Part shown: positions 55,114-64,000 of the stretch, piece by piece | How positions within the stretch are numbered: the stretch's first letter is position 1 | How the letters are laid out: every line of letters begins with the position of its first letter | Assembly: GCA_951406725.2 (NCBI GenBank) | Contig: OX597815.1 | Location: 60,946,001 to 61,010,000 of the forward strand | Length of the DNA: 64,000 nt | Direction: 5' to 3' | Origin: Octopus vulgaris | Lineage: Eukaryota | The notes under the pieces: generated by a model | What the model was told of the DNA's origin: nothing | Database searches by the model: none | What the model saw: only the letters and a program-made list of their open reading frames with translations | Program-made: the position numbers and the translations under genes

Positions 55114-55698
55114 AAGAGAGAGAGAGGGAGAATAATAAAGCGAAGAAATAGAAAGAGAGAGACACACTGGAGAAAAGCTGGTTGATGAGGGAAAAAGTGA
55201 GGTAGATAAGACAAGGAAACGGAAAGTAAAAAAACCAAGATAAACAAAAATATAAAAGAACATAGAACAAAAAACAAATTGAGGTGGAAATGGGATACGG
55301 GATGAGGAGAGGGCAGAACAAAAAAGAATAAAGAAAGAAATGAGGCAGAAAAATGGATTAAAATGGAGAAAGTGAAGTAAAAGTGGGAGTGAAGGGGAGT
55401 GGAAAGGAAAGGAAAGGAAAAGAGAAGGGAAATAATAATAAAGAATATATATATATGGTTATAAGAAGAAAGAGGGAGAGGGAGAAGGAAATAATGCAAA
55501 GAATTATGAACGAAAAAAAACGGTAAAAAAAACCAGGAAAAAAGACAGAAATGGCGGAAATGAAGGTTAAAGAGAAAGCGAGAGAAAGGGGGGAAGAGGT
55601 TAAGAGAAACAGAGAAAGAGGGGAAGAAAGACTAGGGAGACAGAGAAGCACAATTGAAAATTCTCCAGAGAATTATGCAAAATTGTAACCTCTTTCTC

Positions 55699-55729
<31 letters not shown>

Positions 55730-55785
55730 TGTATGTATGTATGTATGCATGATTGTATATATGTATGTACGTATATATGTATGTA

Positions 55786-55876
<91 letters not shown>

Positions 55877-55975
55877 AATATATGTATATATACACATATA
55901 TACAATACAGATATAAATTGGTAAATGGATGACACAGTTGATAGAAACGTGCTCACATATATACATGTATGCATA

Positions 55976-56031
<56 letters not shown>

Positions 56032-56046
56032 AACTCAATTCCGTTC

Positions 56047-56456
56047 TCGCTGCTCGTGTTTCACGCCACCGAGATCGTCAGGTGATAGCTATTATTGGCC
56101 GGTATATTCCGTATATCCCTCATTGAGCACCGCTTCTCCTCTATGTCTTTCAAGCCTGCAGTTTGTCTCTGGTGTTCTTTTTGTTAGATTGGTTTTTACG
56201 AGCGCCTGTTCTGGGGTCGCTTACTTCATTAGTTGGTTTTAATTTATTGTTTTCTTAGTTTAATTTATACTTTAGTTAGGCACGTCTTTCCTCGGTTTTT
56301 ACGATTCTGTTATTGTCTTTATTTCATTGGTTGTTTTTGTTATTTATTTGTTGCTTCCGGTATTTTAAACACTTAAGGATCGTTGAGCGTATTTCCTGAT
56401 TCTCAAATCCAATAATTTTGGTGAAAATGATTTTTGGAGTGGAATATTTCCTGTTT

Positions 56457-56460
<4 letters not shown>
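56047..56460 (-). mobile_element. Old PLE 3' remnant with degenerate hammerhead (56047-56085)
   Basis: tcac-CTGACGA..GAAA-cacgag-CA-gcga; upstream ORF weakly resembles a GIY-YIG C-terminus. Confidence 0.45.
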
Positions 56461-56487
<27 letters not shown>

Positions 56488-56544
56488 GAAATAACTTGAA
56501 TGTATAACACACACGTGTATATGTGTGTGTGCATGAATGTATAT

Positions 56545-56720
56545 GCTTTTATTCTTTTATTCTTTTGTCATGTGACTGCGGCCATAATGGAGCACCGCCT
56601 TTAGTCGAACAAATCGACACCAGGACTTATTCTATGTAAGTCTAGTACTTATTTTATCGGTCCCTTTTGCCAAACCGCTAATTTACTGGGACGTAAACAC
56701 AGATACACACACAAACACAG

Positions 56721-56774
<54 letters not shown>

Positions 56775-56943
56775 ATATACGACGGGCTTCTTTCAGTTTC
56801 CGTCTACCAAATAGACTCACAAGGCTTTGGTCGGCCCGAAACTATAATAGAAGACACTTGCCAAGGTGCCACGCAGTAGGACTGAACCCGGAACCATGTG
56901 GCTGGTAAGCACGTTACTTACCACGCACCCATTCCTGCGCCTA
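56545..56943 (-). mobile_element. SINE family A
   Basis: Full-length reverse copy. Confidence 0.88.
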
Positions 56944-56996
56944 CAAAAAATGTAGGAGAGCTAATCAGGTTCTACCCAGATAGGGACTCGGATCGT

Positions 56997-57080
<84 letters not shown>

Positions 57081-57212
57081 TTACATATATATATATATAT
57101 ATAGAGAGAGAGATATATATACATACATTCGCATATTTATATCTATAGTTTATAGATCAGAGACAGATATTCTCTGTCTGGAATGCAATTCCTCGTGCTC
57201 AAGATATTCGAA

Positions 57213-57261
<49 letters not shown>

Positions 57262-57546
57262 TTATATTTATATTTATATTTATATATATATACCACCACA
57301 TGCAACTTAACGTGGATGTATATATTAGAACGCCAAATGCTACGGGGGTCCTCGCATATACACGCATGGTGCATAAAAGCATGAACTTATATCGTAGTAG
57401 TAATCGTCGTTCTCACAAGACATCCACGTTAAGTCGGATATAAAGATTGCCTTTTGATTTTCGAATTAATACTGCTTCCATCTGAAATAATATGTGTGTG
57501 TGTATGTGTAATATACTAATAAGTATATGTCAATTAGTGTGCTGAT

Positions 57547-57607
<61 letters not shown>

Positions 57608-57625
57608 GGTGTGTGTATGTGTGTG

Positions 57626-57662
<37 letters not shown>

Positions 57663-57711
57663 GTATGCATGTGTGCGTGCGTGTTTAATTTCTCGATATA
57701 TTCAATGTTTA

Positions 57712-58126
57712 TATACTCTTTTCTCTCTTTACTCTTTTACTTGTTTCAGTCATTTGACTGCGGCCATGCTGGAGCACCGCCTTTAGTCGAGCAACTCGAC
57801 CCCGGGACTTATTCTTTTGTAAGCCCAGTACTTATTCTATCGGTCTCTTTTGCCGAACCGCTAAGTAACGGGGACATAAACACACCAGCATCGGTTGTCA
57901 AGCAATGCTAGGAGGACAAACACAGACACATAAACACACACACGCATATATATACATATATACGACGGGCTTCTTTCAGTTTCCGTCTACCAAATCCACT
58001 CACAAGGCATTGGTCGGCCCGAGGCTATAGTAGAAGACACTTGCCCAAGGTGCCACGCAGTGGGACTGAACCCGGAACCATGTGGTTGGGAAGCAAGCGT
58101 CTTACCACACAGCCACTCCTGCGCCT
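57712..58126 (-). mobile_element. SINE family A, near consensus
   Basis: Full-length reverse copy. Confidence 0.92.
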
Positions 58127-58169
58127 ACATATATATATGTATATAAATATAATTAACTATAAGAATCGC

Positions 58170-58650
58170 CATGACAATGTAGGTCCATAGATGCAATGGG
58201 AGCTATGTAACTATTTCAAAATAGTAACAGCCCTCAACAGGTATAAACACCAATCAGAGCTAGTAATGGAAAGAAATAATGTAACTATAATCTGGGAATT
58301 TCTGTTAGCAGTGACCGGACATTTCAAAAGACCAGGTATCATCCCTAAGAACAAGAAAGCTAGAACCTGTAAATAGATTGATAAAAGTGTTCCATTAGCA
58401 GAAACCAGAACGATAAACGAAATTTAAAAACTAAGCAATCACAAAATCTTGGAGATTGAGATTAGAAAGATGTGGACTTAAAGCTAAAACAGACTCAATG
58501 GTCGTAAAGTTTTTAGGTATAAGAAAAGGTTATAGGAAGAATTTGAGCAATATTGCAATATCCAGATGAATCATTTCTCCCCAGGAAATTCAGAAAATAT
58601 TATTGACCATCACTGCCCACATACTATAAAGGGAGCTGTCAATCTCAAAA
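58170..58650 (+). mobile_element. Old Dong/R4-clade 3' fragment
   Basis: RHD..QWELC..YKHQSELVMERNNVTIIWEF parallels the 7439-7918 protein. Confidence 0.7.
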
Positions 58651-58871
58651 ATATGAATTATAGAGTAGCTGTAAATTAATGGCACATACCTTAAAAAGAC
58701 TTTCCTTCACATTACACTTTATATATCTCTACATTTCATATACATTTAACACCAAGTTATATGTACACAACACATGCTTCACCCTGTAAATAACGTTCCT
58801 TTATGGCAACCCCAATGCTGGTAGCTGAAAGCTGGCATCATCATCATCATCATCATAATAATAATAATAAT

Positions 58872-58902
<31 letters not shown>

Positions 58903-58920
58903 TCAACAACAATAATAATA

Positions 58921-59220
58921 ATAGCCATGTGTCGAGAGGAATTTGTTAGGGCTTGAATATTTCACCTCTGGAAACATGGGTGTTTCGTTCAACATCCTTA
59001 AACAAACTTTATTCAGGGACCTGAAGAAAATTCTAACTGGGCTCCACCTGCAAGGTCATGCGCTGTTTACCTTGATATGAGATCACCATGTAGCGCACAT
59101 ATGGTTAAGATTCATGTGCCTGGTGTACCCTTATCAAACGGGTAGTCACGATGGGTATATTGGGCTTCGTATATTTGTACCCCAGTGTCACTTTGATAGC
59201 GTGCATTGCTCTCTCGCTCA
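58921..59220 (+). mobile_element. Family D retroposon, 5'-truncated
   Basis: Reverse complement of 6669-6995 with an internal deletion. Confidence 0.75.
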
Positions 59221-59290
59221 ATAATAATAATAATGATGATGATGATGATGACGACGACGACGACGACGACGATGACGATGATGATGGTGA

Positions 59291-59324
<34 letters not shown>

Positions 59325-59362
59325 GGTGGTGGTGGTGGTGGTGGTGGTGGTGGTGGTGGTGG

Positions 59363-59393
<31 letters not shown>

Positions 59394-59394
<1 letters not shown>

Positions 59395-59775
59395 TTTTCA
59401 TTTGCCGGATGGGGGAGGACAATACAAAGACAGAGACAAAGTATGGGGATCTACATATAATGAAATGACAAAAAATAAAGGGGTGGTAAGTATACACGGT
59501 ATACAATGAAAAGGAAGGGAAATATACATAGTATACAAAGTTTTTTTAAAAAATAAGAGTTGGGGGATGATGGAGATGTAGCTCTCCTGATATAGGATAA
59601 CCTCCAGGGATAATCGAGGAACCTCACAGTCTGAGATCTCCCTGAACGCGAATAGCAAGTACCCCATGCAATTGCCTTTCTCCGATTCACAGGTCTACAC
59701 TCAGGAAGGTATCATCCACTCTTGCCATTTTCGCAACTTTCTTCTCCACCCTCAATTTCCTTTTTAATTGAAACT
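59394..59775 (-). mobile_element. Second Tx1-like 3' end, running into (ATC)n
   Basis: KRKLRVEKKVAKMARVD parallels the C-terminus KRKVRVER..VARMV of the 53-54 kb element. Confidence 0.55.
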
Positions 59776-60691
59776 GCTACATGCATTTGAATGGCTTCCT
59801 TGGTCATATTGGCGATATGAAGGCGGGCGTTGTCGTGCAGCAGAAGAACTCCAAGCTGACAATTAGCTCTTTTCTCTTGAATAGCCGTGTTGAGTCGTTC
59901 CATCTGCTGAACATAGAGTTCCGCGTTGACCGTTTGGTTCCGTTCAAGCAATTCGTAATAGATAATCCCTTCCCAGTCCCACCATACGCACAACATTGTT
60001 TTATGCAGATGAAAATCTTGTTTCACGCGCCGTGTCGCTTGTTTACCGAGGCTAAGCCATTCCTTACACAGTTTTATATTGATGCACAGGCACCATTTTT
60101 CGTCGCTAGTAACGATTCGGTAAAGAAATAGTTGCTTGTGTCCATGAGTTGAGCGGTGACGTGCAAGCAAACCAGCGGAGATTGTGGCTCGTTGATTTTT
60201 GTTGTTGTCACCTTTCCCATCCAGTGAAGATATAGTGCGGGAATGCTCCCACACCAAAGCAGTGTGGGAGCATTCCATTTTCTCTTCCAGTTAGTTCCCT
60301 TGTCGTTTGACGAGAATTTTCGTTCAAAAGCTGGTTTAATCGCTCTTCATCGAACTCAACTGGACGGCCAGAACGAGGTGCGGCTTTGAAGTCAAAATTT
60401 CCATTTTTGAACTTGGTATACCAATCACGAGCGGTTCTTTTAGCTATGGCACCCTATCCATACACAGTACAACTGTCGAGAGCAGCTTTGCGGCCTTAGA
60501 ACCTTGATTAAAAGCAAAAAGGAGGTGTCGAAAATGCTCGTTTTTCTTAACTTGACATTCCATTTTAATGATCTGAAAATAAACAAATATTAACTAAAAT
60601 TAACTAGAAAAAAAAATAGATTCCAAAATTTAAAAACGCAATAAATTCCAAAATTAAAAAAAAAACGGCGGGAACTTTGTTGCCAACCCAA
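59776..60691 (-). mobile_element. mariner transposon, 3'-truncated
   Basis: TA-ttgggttggcaacaaagttcc TIR; IVTSDEKW, MLCVWWD, LLHDNARLH. Confidence 0.92.
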
Positions 60692-61559
60692 TACTTTTTT
60701 CTGTTGTGATCTGTGGATTACATATTGAGAGAAAGTCCAATCACTAACATCAAATTCGTCAAACTCACCAACCTTCCTATAAATGTACTGGAGAAAAACT
60801 CGTCTCTCTTCACCACCACGTTCTTTTTCATTTGATGCGTGGAAATAATGTTGAGCAAGAATATTGGCCAGAGAGGAAAATCTTTGTTTGCAGTACAACC
60901 ATCAGACCAAGGAAGCATTCCGGAGTAGCAACAAGGCTGTAAGTTTTTCTTTGCTAAAGGAATTCAGTGTGTTTGCTGAAGAAATTCGGAATATTTATTA
61001 TCTACGACAATAGTTGATGGATTTAATTCTTACAAAATAAGCGATATTCGAACACCGGTAAAGAACCATCTTGTTATCTTCGCGCTTCTAGCAATGGCAA
61101 AGCAATGACTATCCCTCACCCATGCACATGGTAGCACTGAATAATAACATTGTCACCTCCAGCATTTCAGCCATATAGATATGTGATGGCTTGTCTAGCT
61201 AGAAATCACAGTTTACTGTATTTTAAATGAAAAGAAGGACACATTAGTCTGAGAGAAATGTTTAAACAGATGGGATGTTCACATATCGACTGTCTTTGAC
61301 TCTAAGTTTACACAACTAAACCCGACTTGGAGAGTAAATAGCATTTTTGAATTCCAAAGCCATTAGACCGGGGAGAGGCTAGTTTTTGGCTAGTACTGTG
61401 AAATCTAACCCTAGGTGGGGGGTGGATGACAAAAATGACTTTGGGTGAGGTTTGAACTTAGTACGTAAAGAATCGAAACCAACAACCATGTTTTCATGAT
61501 TTTGACGATGCATCAATTGAAGGATGAACGTCACTACAATATCACCATCACCTACACTG

Positions 61560-61696
61560 CTACCACCATGACAGTCACATCATCAGCGCAATTCCTGTTC
61601 TTGCTCCTCTCGCTTCTTCTTCATGCTGCTGCTCCTCCTCCTACTACCATCACCACCATCACCACCACCACCACCACCACCACCACCACCACCACC

Positions 61697-61764
<68 letters not shown>

Positions 61765-63211
61765 AAACGGCACCATTACTACAACCACTGAGTGAGGATC
61801 AGATAAAGTGAAGAGGTCGGATTTTTGTTTCTTTTTTTCTTTTTGTGGTATTAATTAGATTGACTGAAAGGGTAATAGTGAGAAGGAGAGAGAGAGACAG
61901 AGAGAGACAGACAGATAAACAGACAGCTAGACAGGCCACCATCACCACCACTACCACTACTAACAATAACAGCAGCAACAAAAAGTTGCTATTACTAGCA
62001 GAAATATCATCAGCAGCAGCACAGTAGATGTCGCTACCATCATCACCAAAACAAGTGCTATGGTTAGCGTCACCACAAGTTATCACTATCAAAACTACCT
62101 CTGGTGTCACCACCACCACCACCACCACTACTACTCGAACATAAACGGCGTCAGAGTTATCTTAGCCAAAACTGCTATTGGCACCATATCACCATGGCCA
62201 TCACTACTGAGAACACTATCGCCACCGCCACAACCACCACTACCATCATTCCCCCAACTCATTTATATCTACCGATACCCAACTTCATACAACTATCGAC
62301 GGCGTCATAGTTACACCCATCCCGAAGCTCATTCAAACTACCCCTGGTACCAAATCACCATGGCGACCATGCTACCACCAACAACAACATCACTACCAAA
62401 ATTGGCGACATACTTTACTTCCAGCCTAACTACCCCTTGCACCACCTTCTCCACCACTGCTCTTCCCAACATAAGAACCACCACCATCACAGCGACGAGC
62501 AGCGTCCTCCCCCCACCGCGACCACAACCACCATCCCTGCGACGACCACCACGCACCCACATTGTCCTCAGTGACACCCTTTCCGTCTATATTGACATTG
62601 TGAAACCAGACGTTATTACTGCTAATTCCTAGCTTCCGGCTCCGGCTGTTGCTGTTGTAGTTCTTGTGACGGCGGTAGTGGTGTAGGTGGTTAAGATGGT
62701 GGAGGTTAGTGAAGGGTTGATGAGAGGAATAGGTGGCGGTAGGTGTATGTTGATGATGAGAGGAATAGGTGGCGGTAGGTGTATGTTGATGATGATGATG
62801 ATGGTGGCGGTGGTTGTGGCGGTGGTGGTAATGGACGTGGTAGCGGTGGTTGGGAGGATAAACGGTAACTGGGGGTAGTGGCTATGGTGTTGGTGTAATA
62901 GTAATAATTCTGTTGCCGCTGGTGGCGGTGGTGGTGGTCTCATAATGGTTGCTGATGATATTGGTAGTGGTAGTATTGATAGTGATGAAGGTAGAGGTGA
63001 TGGTGTTTGTAGTGGTGGTTGTGATATTGGTGGTGGTGACGGTAGTGGTGGTGGTTTTGACAGTGATTGGTTGTGACAGTGACGGTTGAGAATGGCTGAC
63101 GATAATGACGACGATGATGGTGATAATGATGATGAGGAGGACGACGACGACGACAACGATGACGATAAATGATGATGACAATGATGATGACAATGACGAT
63201 GATGATGATGA

Positions 63212-63258
<47 letters not shown>

Positions 63259-63300
63259 CAGATGATGATGATGGTGATGATGATGATGATTATGTATTCT
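61560..63300. repeat. Compound degenerate trinucleotide (CAC/TAC/GAT/GGT) tract; similar tracts at 1.8-2.4, 8.0-9.6, 13.5-14.5, 18.3-19.0, 41.0-41.8 and 48.4-48.8 kb
   Basis: Direct inspection; includes a 33-bp tandem duplication near 62718-62790. Confidence 0.9.
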
Positions 63301-63719
63301 ATTGATGATGGTTACGTCAGGTAGTGAATTTTAGTTACTCTCGCTATACAGTGCCAATAGGTGGTATACAGTGTCACTGGTGTCAATAGGTAGCTCTTCC
63401 GTACATGAGTGAATTTGCAGGGTGAGAATCTTAGCGGATCGTCAAAAGGGGAATGCGAGACAAAGAAAAAGATAAACATAAAATAAAATATAAAGAAGCA
63501 TAAATATAGGTGACGTATAGAAGGGAGAAAGGGTTCTTTTAATGAGTATATAGGGGAGAGAAGGAAGAGTGGGAGACTGGAACTAGACACAAAAGGGCTG
63601 CTTGAATATATATGCGTGTGTGTGTGTGTGTATGCTTTCATATACACTATATATGACATCGGCGTGTGAGGGTATGTATAATGGGCGTGTGTGCATCAAT
63701 GTTTCTATGTATCGTTCTA

Positions 63720-63800
<81 letters not shown>

Positions 63801-63823
63801 GTTTGTCTGTCTGTCCATCGCGC

Positions 63824-63854
<31 letters not shown>

Positions 63855-64000
63855 TGGTACGACTCTCTGTTTGTCTCTCTCTCTCTCTCATTTTTACTTG
63901 ATCTGTCCCCCTCTCTCTCTTTTCTCTCTACTCATCCTCTTTTTCTCTTCTCTTTCCTCTGATTCTTTGGTCTAGTCTTCCACTACCCTCCTATTTCTTT

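Noticed and set aside
60769-60960. Possible minus-strand exon ending at GTGAGT (..KRDEFFSSTFIGRL)
   Set aside because: Frame and acceptor are ambiguous and no partner exon was found

Overview
Repeat-dominated eukaryotic DNA. The tRNA-derived SINE families and the extreme microsatellite load point to an octopus (coleoid cephalopod) genome, which is an inference. Most ORFs in the track are microsatellite translations. The real coding signal comes mostly from decayed transposons: two Penelope-like elements (RT and GIY-YIG), Dong/R4, RTE and Tx1 non-LTR fragments, Tc1, mariner, maT-like and pogo transposases, and Helitron/MITE derivatives. One small candidate host gene lies on the minus strand, with exons near 26.1, 15.4 and 13.45 kb. 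The main signal not shown by the ORF track is a set of about 15 type-I hammerhead-ribozyme motifs, some intact and some degenerate, in Penelope-type pseudo-LTR, inverted-repeat or partial-tandem units. One family has a G3-C8 compensatory swap in the catalytic core. A retrozyme-like family has repeat breakpoints that fall at the predicted self-cleavage site. A composite 2.3-kb Helitron is also visible, with a nearby empty-site copy. All calls were made by eye; repeat boundaries are approximate.
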